Source: Eledone cirrhosa
Lineage: Eukaryota
Direction: 5' to 3'
DNA length: 64,000 nt
NCBI GenBank assembly: GCA_964016885.1
Contig: OZ024754.1
Span: 7,502,001 to 7,566,000, forward strand
Shown here: positions 12,581 through 24,287 of the stretch, one piece after another
Numbering within the stretch: position 1 is the stretch's first letter
Layout: each line of letters opens with the position of its first letter
Position numbers and translations under genes: made by a program
Notes under the pieces: generated by a model
Databases searched by the model: none
Seen by the model: the letters and a program-made list of their open reading frames with translations, nothing else
Told to the model about the DNA's origin: nothing

Positions 12581-12796
12581 TAATTATTTGGATTAAATAC
12601 TTTATGATGTAACATTGAGAATGTTCTGTGCTTAGTTTGGCTAAAGCTGCATATATAATATATTATATTATCATCAATATATAATATATTATATATAGGT
12701 TGTATTGATGGCAGGATATAGAGTGAGACCGATTGTCCTGGGATGAAAGTAGGAACGAAGGTGAGAAATATATATATATATCTACATACATATTAT

Positions 12797-13198
12797 ATGG
12801 TGGCTGCCAACTCGTTTTCAAGTACGGCCACTACTTTATATCCATGTAGGAGAACCCCTACCGATGCGCTGAACGAGTGTGACTTTTTAGTCCAGCCAGC
12901 GACTTGAAAACTCTGGTACAAACACTACACTTGTGACAATTATTGACACATAGTGCTGGGCCCATGGTACCATGTGACGACAAGTGCAGAGAGATCTCCA
13001 GATATAAAGCAATGCCTGTGCCGTGAAGCTTTTATAGTGAGCAAAGGCACTGCACAAAGCCAGTCCCACTCTCTTAACCAAGATGATATTTACCAAAAAG
13101 AAGAACAAGTCAACATCATTGGATACCATCAGGGTTGCAGGTGTTATATCAGAGTTTTCCTTCTCCTAGAATTCTGCCTTGACAAAGGCTAAGGGGTC
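12797..13198 (-). mobile_element. Non-autonomous retroposon with RTE-like 5' motif
   Basis: Near-identical to 41702-42009 (opposite strand), with the same GGCAGCCACCAT end. The head TAGCCTT..AAGGCA..CTAGGAGAAGGAAAACTCTG resembles RTE 5' UTRs. Confidence 0.6.
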
Positions 13199-13208
13199 AT
13201 ACATACAA

Positions 13209-13254
<46 letters not shown>

Positions 13255-13329
13255 GAGGGCTGCCCCCATATTATCGAGTATCACCATTGCACGATATACC
13301 ATTATTATTAATAATTAATTAATTCTATC

Positions 13330-13552
13330 GAGCAATGCCTGTGTGTGAAGATTTTTTTTAAAGTGAGGAAAGACTGTGCACTGAGCCAATCCCACTCTCT
13401 GAGCGACAGTAGCTATAACCCGAAAAGAAGAAAAGATCAACATCATCGGTAACTACTGAGCCGCAGGTTTTATATCGGAGTTATCCCAGTTTCCTGAGTT
13501 GCCTTCTCCTAGAAGAATGCCCCGACGAAGGCTAGGGGTCCTTCGCTCCCAG
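13330..13552 (-). mobile_element. Diverged relative of the 12797-13198 element (5' part)
   Basis: Shares GCAATGCCTGTG, CCCACTCTCT, AACATCAT, CCTTCTCCTAGAA..GGCTAGGGGTC blocks in the same order. Confidence 0.55.
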
Positions 13553-13695
13553 TATATATATATATACATACATGCATACATATATTTATATATATATATA
13601 CATACATATATTTATATATATATATATACATACACACATATATTTATGTGTATATATATATACATATATATACATACTTACAGATACACACAAAC

Positions 13696-13728
<33 letters not shown>

Positions 13729-13731
<3 letters not shown>

Positions 13732-13878
13732 ATTGTTTCTACTTTAGGCACAAGGCCAGCAATCACCCAGAAAGGCAAAGTCAACCTCGGCGGGATTTGA
13801 ACTCAGATCGTAAAGGGACGTAACTATGCTAGAAAGCATGGCGTCCGACCCTCTACCGATACTGCCAATCCACCGCCT
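13729..13878 (-). mobile_element. Deu/Nin SINE, internal deletion
   Basis: Head and tail match the consensus; the central GTCGATAAAATAAAGTAC part is missing. Confidence 0.85.
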
Positions 13879-14052
13879 GTATATATAATAATAATAATAA
13901 TAAATTTGAAGACTAAAATCCAAAGAGGATAAATATATATCAAATAACCAAATGAAACAGTGCTACTCTTGTTGAAGTCTTCATCTTCCATCTGAAGTAA
14001 ATAATCCACCCTCACTACTTTATGTATGAAGTACCTGACACAACTCTCGGCC

Positions 14053-14087
<35 letters not shown>

Positions 14088-14102
14088 TCCCTCTCCCTCT
14101 CC

Positions 14103-14138
<36 letters not shown>

Positions 14139-14139
<1 letters not shown>

Positions 14140-14222
14140 ACGAAGGAAGTGTGGTAAGGAACCAGGTGGACTTAGGAAATAGCCATCGAAACGGTTTGAG
14201 CTCTGCGTCGGGGGTCTTAAAC
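14139..14222. mobile_element. Rearranged (internally inverted) copy of family 3
   Basis: Same start as 9886, joined to the HHR 3' half in the opposite orientation. Confidence 0.5.
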
Positions 14223-14428
14223 ATTTCTTTATATATATATGTGTGTGTGTGTGTGTGTTTATGAATAATGTAATTGCGTCTAGATTAGAGGTAGAAGCTT
14301 TAGATGTGTGGTTTTAGTATGAAATAAGTGAAATATAAATGGATATATTTATGCCAGATGCTTGAAATTAAATAAAACAAATGGGAAAATATATAAAATA
14401 CAGAAAAACTCTCTTTCATCTCCTTAAA

Positions 14429-14499
<71 letters not shown>

Positions 14500-14895
14500 A
14501 TACACACTAATACACATACACATTCACACATGCACACTCACAAAACACACACACTCATACACATACATACACATACCCACTCATACACATACACCCACAT
14601 ACACATACATACACTTACGCACTCATACATATACACACCCATACACACTCATCCACATACACACTCATACACATACGCACACATACACACACATACGTAC
14701 ATACACACTCACACACTCACACACAGTCATACACATGCTCACGCACACACATAGACACTGGCTGCATCGAGAAGAAAACTACAAACAGGTCTTCGCACCT
14801 GAAACACGGGCTTGGATGAGAGTGTGTTTTGATCGTTGCTATGATGAAAGATATTATAAATAAATAATGTAGGTAATGAAACGGAGAGAGTGAAT

Positions 14896-14937
<42 letters not shown>

Positions 14938-15958
14938 GATAGACAGATAGAGAGAAAGATAGAGAGAGAGAGAGAGGTCGATTCAGGTCTAGTTGAATGA
15001 GACAGGAAAACAACGAAAGTGTCAGAGATACCTGTAAGTTTGTTTTCATCACAAAATTTCAAGAGAGATTGTGTGTACAGGTTGATAGAAGCAAAATAGA
15101 AATTGGAGATTTTGAGCCAGTCTTAAGTTTGTGAAGGATTACTTGTTTTTATTCCAAGATATGACTAGAGGTGGCGTACCCAAACACTTTACGCACAAAC
15201 ATATACGCTAAAGAGAGATTGAGAAATCTGAGCAACTTGGAAGTTTGTGAACAAATCCTTGTTTACATCATCAGAAGATATTTCAAGAGGTAGACTTCCT
15301 CAACCTCCAAACACCTCCCCCACACACATATACATATATACATATGCACACATGCTCACACACACGCCCACACAAAAAGGAAGTAAAATAGAATCTGATC
15401 AGTGTGGTCCACTTGTAAGTTTGTGAAGACAGTTTTACTTCTACTATCACCAAATATCTCTACAGGAAACGAAAATTATCTAGAAGGACATTGAATGAAA
15501 GCAATAAATAAATAGAAACGAAATTGAAGGAAGACACTGGGACGGTTGTTTGCGAAGAAAAATCTTTTATTTCTGAACCGAATGTAATTGGGAACAATAA
15601 GGAGGGGGTGGAAAAGGTGAAAGGTAGTTACGCTTTACTGAACAAATTAAGAGTGCTGTTTGTTTTGGAGGAAGTCCTCCTTCTCAGCTCGAAATAACAG
15701 AGTGAACAAGAAAGCAGGAAGAACAGACTTAAACTTGAGAATCTAAGGTATCCAGTTGAATATTTGTGAGGTAATTCTACTTTTCATCACAATATTGTAG
15801 AAACGCTCACAAAAAGACAAAAAAAAAAAAAAAATAGCGTAGACTGAAAAATGAGAAAAACAAAATGCAACGAAATTGAGAAACAAGAAAAATAAAAACC
15901 GACAGAACATAAAATAAAACAAAACGGAAAATAAACGTCATTGACATATTGATTCAAG

Positions 15959-16221
15959 ATGGCCGACACAGAAAGTTTTATAACAGACACACTTTCAAGC
16001 CCTTTATCTATCCAGCATACGGAAGAACACTGTTCAGTAAAAGACAGCCCACATTATGTACAGTTAGTTGAAGGTTCTGTAGAAGTTAATGTCGTTGACG
16101 GAGGTAATGATATCATAAGCGGTCAGCCTAACATTCCTGAAGTGATCGGTAATAAATCTCCATCCGTCGGTCCTGAAAAACCACCTTTGAATTTATGGAC
16201 GACCAATAAAGAAATTATCAG
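15959..16221 (+). CDS. First coding exon of a spliced gene (MADTESF...NKEIIR), acidic/Pro-rich N-terminus
   Basis: ATG in CAAGATGGCCG context and non-repetitive open frame. Strong donor AG|GTGAGT at 16221/16222 (phase 2), just before the in-frame TGA. Phase matches the exon at 24203. Confidence 0.75.
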
Positions 16222-16664
16222 GTGAGTGGTGGTTTGTGATTCTTTCCTTTTTTCGGTTTGCTAGTAGGGCTTTATTTAATGGACTCTAATAGCTCGATAT
16301 TTTTTAGCCTCAGGATAGCATTGATTTGTGAAGAAATGTGGCTTAGTGGTTTGGCTATTCAGCTCAGGATTCCAAAGACATGCTTATAAACCTCATCAGC
16401 CAACATTGCTTTTTCTGGCACAGAAAATACAGATGTGAATGTAATTTAAAAGCTCATATTTGTCACACAATCTTTCAGGCTTGAACACCATGAGGACTAT
16501 GTTATGAGTATATGTATACACGTCTCTTTTTAATGTCCAACCACGAGTAGAATGTTCCTTTGGTCAACCAGCTTGAAGGAAAACCTTGTTGTTGGAAACG
16601 TGGAATGTCTAACACAGTACTGAATAAAATAAAATAACAATAAAATAAAATAATTATTAAATTA

Positions 16665-16960
16665 AAAAAAAATAGAAACCAATCTAAGTTTAAAATTTTT
16701 AAAATCGAACAGATTCACATATTTAAGTTTCTGCACCTAAAGGTAATTTTAATCCAACATCGAGGTCGCAATATTTTTTTAAAATATGAACTCTCTAAAA
16801 GAATTATGCTGTTATCCCTATGGCAACTTTCTTTTAAGCAAAATCTTTGGTTTATTAATCTATAAATTAGTCTACATACAAGGATGTTACATATACTTAA
16901 CTAATTTTTATTCCTTGATCAACCCAATCCAAATTTAAAATTAATAAATATGTCTCTATT
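16665..16960 (-). pseudogene. rrnL: NUMT: mitochondrial 16S rRNA (rrnL) 3' domain fragment
   Basis: The minus strand carries conserved mt-16S motifs in the correct order: TTGGGTTGATCAAGGAA, CATAGGGATAACAGC, TTGCGACCTCGATGTTGGATT, TCTGTTCGATTTT, TTGGTTTCTAT. Confidence 0.92.
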
Positions 16961-17059
16961 AAAGGCGCAAGACAACAACATATGCAGTATCTGTTGCAGT
17001 ACTCTGCAATTTGAATTATAATGCCATCAAGATCAATATTACTTTTCTTGGTCGATAAT

Positions 17060-17459
17060 ACAATAATTGTTTCTACTTTTGGCACAAGGCCAGCAATTAT
17101 CCCAGTATATTACTAGTACTTTATTTTATCGACCCCGTAAGGATGAAAGGCAAAATTAACCACGACAGGATTTAAACTCAGACCACAAAGAGCCGTAACT
17201 CTTTGCTGACAAATCATGGCGTGTGTCTCCTCTACCGATACTGCCAATCTATCGCCTGGTCGATAATGCAATAATTGTTTCTACTTTAGGCACAAGTCCT
17301 GTAATTATCCCAGTGTATTTCTTGTACTTTATTTTATCGACCCCGTAAGGTTGAAAGGCAAAGTCAACCGTAGTGGGATTTGAACTCAGAATGGCAAGGG
17401 CCGTAACTCTACGCGTCAAAGCATGGCGTCCGACCATCTACCGATACAGCCAATCCACC
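17060..17459 (-). mobile_element. Two tandem Deu/Nin SINEs
   Basis: 17060-17256 and 17270-17459, both preceded by GGTCGATAAT.CAATAATTG. Confidence 0.9.
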
Positions 17460-17789
17460 AGTATGCAATAATACAAACTAACCAATAGAGTAGAGTGGGA
17501 GGACGGGATTACTAGTCTGTCAGACGAAATGCATTGTAATATACGTTTATGTATATTTATTTATATTTATTCGTCTTTTACTTCAAATCTACGACTTTGA
17601 CAAACAAGGGTAATAGACTTAATTCTTCGGTTTAACCTTGACAACAACGGGCAAGTGTTTACTCTAAGCTAAAGTTCACCGGCCTATATACATATACTCG
17701 GATTAGTCCCAACCACTCGAGTTATATTTGCAAATCTCACACATAGTGACAACAACAGCAACAACAACAATAATGATGATGATGATGAT

Positions 17790-17980
17790 AATAATTGTTT
17801 CTACTTTAGGCACAAGGCCAGCAATTACCCAGTACATTACTGGTACTTTATTTTATCGACCCCGTAAGGATGAAAGGCAAAGTTAACCTCGACGGGATTT
17901 GAACTCAGACCGTAAAGGGACGTAACTATGCTGGAAAGCATGGCGTCCGACTCTCTACCGATACTGCCAATCCACCGCCC
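17790..17980 (-). mobile_element. Deu/Nin SINE
   Basis: Near-consensus copy flanked by (ATA/ATG)n. Confidence 0.9.
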
Positions 17981-18079
17981 TGATGATAATAATAATAATA
18001 ATAATCGACTACAACCAGAGTGTAATGGAGTTATTGGTTGAATGACCTTGCCAACTTCAGCAGACGGTTTCACGTCAGA

Positions 18080-18312
18080 AATGTTTACAGACATACACAC
18101 ACACTTACAAACATATACACACATACTCTCTCTCACACAAACATATATTACACACACCCACCCACTCACACATATACTGTATTGTATATATATATATATA
18201 TATATACACATACATGTCTCTCTCTCTCTCTATTTCTCTATGTCTCTCTCTATCTATCTCTATCTCTCTTTATATATATATATATACACATGTCTCTCTC
18301 TCACTCTCTATT

Positions 18313-18354
<42 letters not shown>

Positions 18355-18532
18355 AATATATATACAAACATATATATATATATGTATGTATCTCTCTCTC
18401 TCTATCTTTATATATATATATATATATATATACTTATGTTTGCACAAAGGAATTCTCATATACTCATATAGACATTAAAGTGAAGGAAACATCCACACTA
18501 AAACACACACACATGCACCCACTCACACACAT

Positions 18533-18623
<91 letters not shown>

Positions 18624-18934
18624 CCCACACACATGCAGATGTGTACCTGTGGGTGGTTTGATGGAACGTCGAGATGGTAGGAACCCACTGTTATATGTGT
18701 GACATGACTGACATTTCAGTATTGATACTGATTGAGTTGTCATGGAGAAAGCGATTATAACAATCGTAGATTATTTGTTTGTGTGTGTGTATATGTGTAT
18801 GTGTGTGTATGTGTATGTATGTATACACCCTGACGCTTATAGGAACATACCCAGTCATATATGTAGACATATAATATATTCTATGATACAAATACCCACA
18901 TCACATATATTTATATATACATTTATATATATGT

Positions 18935-18972
<38 letters not shown>

Positions 18973-19035
18973 GTATACGTGTGTGTATATATATATGTGT
19001 ATATATATGTGTGCACACATACATGTGTATATATG

Positions 19036-19084
<49 letters not shown>

Positions 19085-19276
19085 GTGCGTATATATATAT
19101 GCATATATATGCGTATATATATATATGTATATATATATATATGCGTATATATATATATATATGCGTATATATATATATATATGCGTATATATATATATAT
19201 ATATGCATATTTATATATATATATATATACATGCAGACATATATACATATGAATACATATATGTGTATATATGTAT

Positions 19277-19323
<47 letters not shown>

Positions 19324-19380
19324 CATACATACATACATACATACACTCTCACACTCACACAGGTGTGTGAGTGTGTGTTT
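18080..19380. repeat. Compound (CA)n/(TC)n/(TA)n microsatellites
   Basis: Direct inspection. Similar tracts at 1-180, 9550-9885, 10985-11550, 14430-14750, 32460-32970, 42620-42935 and 57630-57910. Confidence 0.95.
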
Positions 19381-19608
19381 ATATTAAAGTAGCTATCAGC
19401 TCGGACCATTGATAATCCTCCTCCCACCACTACCACCACCACCACCACCCTAACCTTCACTCTTCTAAAAATAAACAGAAAACTTTACAACATAGAGAAA
19501 CACTCCAATATGGCCGACTATCTTTAAATAATAAATTTACACAGGCGACCATCTTGCACACACACATACATGAAAATAATAAATCTATCTCACACACATA
19601 CATGAACA

Positions 19609-20483
19609 TAATTGTTACTACTATTGGCGCAAGGCCAGCAATTAAAACAGTATATTACTGGTACTTTATTTTATCGACCCCGTAAGGATGAAAGGAAAAG
19701 TTAGCCTCGGCGGGATTTGAACTCAGATCATAAAGGGCCATGAAAATAATGAATCTATCTCACACACATACATGAAAATAATAAATCTATCTCAGACACA
19801 TACATGAAAATAATAAATCTATCTCACACACATACAGCCCAGTATTGTAATCAATCGATGGAGTAAAATCAGAAAGCTAACATGATAAATATTCCATTAT
19901 ATTCGAAGTTATTATTATCACGCGAGGGCGGTGGATTTGCATTATCGGTAGAGGGTTAGACGCCATGCTTTCCATCATAGTTACGTCCCTTTACGATCTG
20001 AGTTCAAATCCCGCCGAGGTTGACTTTGCCTTTCATCCTTACGGGGTCGATAAAATAAAGTTCCAGTAATGCACTGGGGTAATTTGCTGGCCTTGTGTCT
20101 AAAGTAGAAACAGTTATTATTATCACGTGAGTGAGTGTGGTGAATTGGCAGAATCGGTAAAGGGTCGGACGACATGCTTTGTGGCATAGAGGTTCGGCCC
20201 TTTACGATCTGAGTTCAAAATTCCGCCGAGGTTAAACTTTGCCTTTCATCCTTACGGCGTAGATAAAATAAAGTACCAGTAATGTACTGGATAATTGCTG
20301 GCCTTGTGCCAAAAGTAGAAACCATTATTTAGGCAGTGGATTGACAGTGTCGGTAGAGGGTCGGACGCCATGCTTTGCAGCATAGAGTTACGTCCCTTTA
20401 CATGATGTTTTCAAATCCCGCCGAGGTTAATTTTGCTTTTTATCCGTACGGGGTCGATAAAATAAAGTACCAGTAATGAACTG
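19609..20483. mobile_element. SINE cluster: one partial minus copy (19609-19740) and three plus copies (19926-20122, 20135-20329, 20331-20483)
   Basis: Consensus matches. The minus copy interrupts a 32-bp tandem CATGAAAATAATAAATCTATCTCACACACATA. Confidence 0.88.
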
Positions 20484-20484
20484 T

Positions 20485-21685
20485 CGTTGACGTTACTGCT
20501 GTTGACGTTACTGCTGTTGTTGTTACTGTTGTTGTTACTGTTGTTGCTGTTATACTATTCTATTAGTCATTGCTAATCTTACTAATACTACTCTGGTAAA
20601 ATACAGTTGTTAGTAGATGTTGTTGTTATTGTTGTTGTCATTGTTACTGCTGTTGTTGTTTCTGCTGTTGTTGTTATTGCAGGTGTTGTTACCGCTGTTG
20701 TTGTTGTTACTGCTGTTGTTGTTACTGTTGTTGTTGTTACTCCCGTTGTTGTTTCTGCTGTTGTTGTTATTGCTGTTGTTGTTGTTGAAGTTGTTGTTAC
20801 TGCTGTTATTGTTACTGCTGTTGTTGTTACTGATGTTGTTGTTTTTGCAGTTGTTGTTACTGCTGTTGTTGTTATTGCTGCTGTTGTTGTTACTGCTGTT
20901 GTTGTTGCTGCTGCAGTTGTTACTGTTGTTTTATCACTGTCCGCCATTGTTACTCTTACTATTACTACACTAGTTACAATAGAGTTGTTAGTATTGTTGC
21001 TGCTGTTGCTGTTGTTACTGCTGTTGCTGTTTTATCACTATCCGCCATTGTTACTATTATAACACTAGTTACAATACAGTTGATAGTATTGTTGTTGTTG
21101 TTGTTGTTGTTGACGTCAAGAAACCATGGCCCTAATTAAAGGGCAGACAATTGAGACGTTAGTCAAAATATAACAATCATCAGTAGATTCATCATGTCTT
21201 TTAGATGTTGTCACTGATTCCAATATTAATGGCCACACAATAATAAAAGTGGTCAGGCTTTGTTTAGTTATTTTTATATTTAGCATAACAACAATGTCGG
21301 CAGTGAATAACATTTTAGGAAAACAACAACTACAACAACAACAATACCAACAGCAACAACAACAACATCAACTACAACAGCAACTACAGCAACAGCAACT
21401 ACAACAACAACAATAGCAACAGCAACTACAGCAACAAAAACTACAACAGCAACTACAGCAACAGCAACTACAACAACAATAGCAACAGCAACTACAGCAG
21501 CAACTTCAGCAACTACAACAACAACAATAGCAACAGCAACAATAGCAACAGCAACAATAGCAACAGCAACTAGAGCAACAGCAACTACAACAGCAACAAC
21601 TGCAAAGAAAACAAAAAAAAACAAAAAAAGCAACACCAACTACAATAACAACAACAATAGCAACAGCAACTACAACAGCAACAAT
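20485..21685. repeat. (GTT)-rich tract (20485-21112) and oppositely oriented (CAA)-rich tract (21320-21685)
   Basis: Direct inspection. Confidence 0.9.
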
Positions 21686-22035
21686 AAAAATAGTGACATT
21701 CATTAAAAGTAGTTTTTATATTGATTGATACAAATCTCTCATAAAATACATAATTATGCGCCAAAAAAGCAGAGAATGTTTTTTTTAAATATAATTTCAC
21801 CTTCTTGCTCATATCATCCACCTCATCTTCCCCCTCCTCCACCGCATCTTCCCCCTCCTCCACTTCATCTTCCCCCTCCTCCACTTCATCTTCCCCCTCT
21901 TCCACCTCATCCTCCTCTTCCTCTTCCTCCACTTCTTCCCCCTCCCTGTAACTCTGAAATAACCACAGAACTGGAAATGACGAGTGTTGTCATGTTCAAC
22001 AAAAACAACTTCTAATAACACTATTACTACTACTA

Positions 22036-23055
22036 TAAAATAAAGTACCAGTAATGTACTGTGTATTTTGCTGGCCTTGTGCCAAAAGTAGAAACAACTA
22101 TTACTACTACTACTACTACTACTACTACAAAAATAATTGTTTCTACTTTTGGCACAAGACCAATAAATACCCAGTGTATCACTGGTACTGTATTTTATCG
22201 ACCCCGTAAGGATGAAAGGCAAAGTTAACCTCGGAGGGATTTGAACTCGGATTGCAAAGGGACGTAACTATGCTGCAAAGCATGGCGTCCGACCCTCTAC
22301 CGATACTGCCAACTCACCGTCCTTGGTTTCTGATATAGACACAAGGTTGAGACATGTTTGTGGAGGGGAAAGTCGATTACATCGACCCAAGTGCATGACT
22401 GGTACTTTATTTTATCGAGCACGCAAGGATGAAAAGCAAACCTAACCTCGGCGGGATTTGAACTCAGTATGTAAAGGGACGTAACTATTTGTTGCAAAAC
22501 ATGTCCGACGCTCTACCGATACAAGACTACTGAACAGAGTATTGTGCTCATCATCACCATCGTCATCTACGTCCTTATTATCATCATCATCATCACCATC
22601 ATGTTCGTCCTTATCATCATCATCATCACCATCCTTATCATCATCATCACCATTATTATATGGGGGATTGGCAGTATTGGTAGAGGTTCGGACGCCATAC
22701 TTTGCAGCATAGAGTTACGCCCCATTATGGTCTGAGTTCAAATCCCGCCGAGGTTAGCTTTGCCTTTCATCTTTACGGGGTCGATAAAATAAAGTACCAG
22801 TAATGTACTGGGATAATTACTGGCCTTTTGCCAAAAGTAGAAACAATTATTATAATTTGGGTGGTGGATTGGCAGAATTGGTAGAGCGTCGGACGCCATG
22901 TTTTTCAGCATAGGGTTACGGCCCTTTACGTCCTGAGTTCAAATTTCGCCGAGGTTAGCTTTGCCTTTCATCCTTACGAGGTCGATAAAATAAAGTACCA
23001 GTAATGTACTGGAATAATTGCTGGCCTTGTGCCAAAAATAGAAACAATTATTATA
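22036..23055. mobile_element. SINE cluster of five (22036-22100 +, 22133-22320 -, 22324-22521 -, 22661-22853 +, 22860-23055 +)
   Basis: Consensus matches separated by (TAC)n and (CAT)n. Confidence 0.88.
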
Positions 23056-24202
23056 ATGATATTAAAACAAAAGGAGTAATGTACGAATGACCATTATAAA
23101 TCATAAGACTTGTAAAGAATGAGATATGATAAGGGACACAATAGTAACAGTGATAGCTAGTAGCAAGGTTAAATATTACAATTTAAATCAAGTGAAGGTA
23201 CTTTAATTAAGACTAGAATAGGACGCCATATTTTGTGGTAAATTCTCCAGCGCTGTGTCCTCTTCATTCTGGCTATAAATCTGGAAGCTGTCACCGACTT
23301 GCTGAAAGAGCAGATGACTAAGAACTAGAGATTGATAGTAGCTCAGATTTTTGGACTTGGCGCTCTCTTCCATCAAACTGATATTTTATTCCTTATTTTC
23401 TGCATGGTAGTTTGACTCAATAACGCGTCTGCTCCCAAAGTAGCAAATACATTGTTACAAAGAACAGCCAACGATATTACAAGTGAGCAAACCATATACA
23501 CTGAGTCAGCAATATTAAGTGAGCAAACAATATTAGCTGAGCTAGCTATATTCATTAAACCAACGTTATCCACTGAGCCAACGATATCACGTTGAGCACG
23601 GAATCAGAGATAAACATTGAGTCAGCGATAAGCATTGAGCCAGCGATATACACATTAACGATCATTTTCCTTCTGCACAATTCCACACACGTTACAATTA
23701 TTTGCGAAAGAAAACAAAACGTGTTTAATTAATCCAGATTTCAATACTGTATTATAATTCGACAGATAACTTTCCCGTGATTAATTCATAGTTGGATTTA
23801 AATGACAGACATTACTGGTTCATTGCAAAGTTAATCGTTAAATATTATTGATAGTAGTCGATATATTTTGTAACTCAGTGGATTGGAAAAACGCTTATGA
23901 CGCACTAACACAGAGCACCACTTGTTCCAGTAATCGAATCTAAGATATGATAATCGTATAGCTATCATTTTGTCCATTAAGCTTCGTAATACTCTATAAC
24001 AAAACAACGACTATAAAACTCTATATTGATAAAATCAGCTACACCACTACACCGCGTAGTAGTATATACTATAAACCAGGTGATTACTAAACCAGTTTAG
24101 ATTACTAAACTTGTATGACATTGCATTTTAATGCGCCAGATGTGGGATATGTTTTAAGGAATAATTGTATAATCTAACTGAAATATTTATCTTTCATTGC
24201 AG

Positions 24203-24287
24203 AATCGATCAATTGCAGAAATGGAAGAGAAACCAACTGTATGAGTGGCCAAGAAATTGGGACTTTCTTCTGGATAGATACACATCT
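24203..24287 (+). CDS. Second coding exon, (R)IDQLQKWKRNQLYEWPRNWDFLLDRYTS; possibly C20orf85/CIMIP1-like ciliary protein
   Basis: Acceptor TTTATCTTTCATTGCAG| and donor |GTAAGT. The 85 nt continue exon 1's frame without a stop (116 codons in total). WPRNWDFL resembles the WPQNWGFL motif of C20orf85; the family call is weak. Confidence 0.7.

Noticed and set aside
15235-15280. HHR-like CTGATGA plus stem on the minus strand
   Set aside because: Lacks GAAA and belongs to a diverged local tandem repeat (AAGTTTGTGAA units).
9131-21932. Poly-T/V/L/H/YI/E ORFs
   Set aside because: They arise from di- and trinucleotide microsatellites and a 21-bp repeat.
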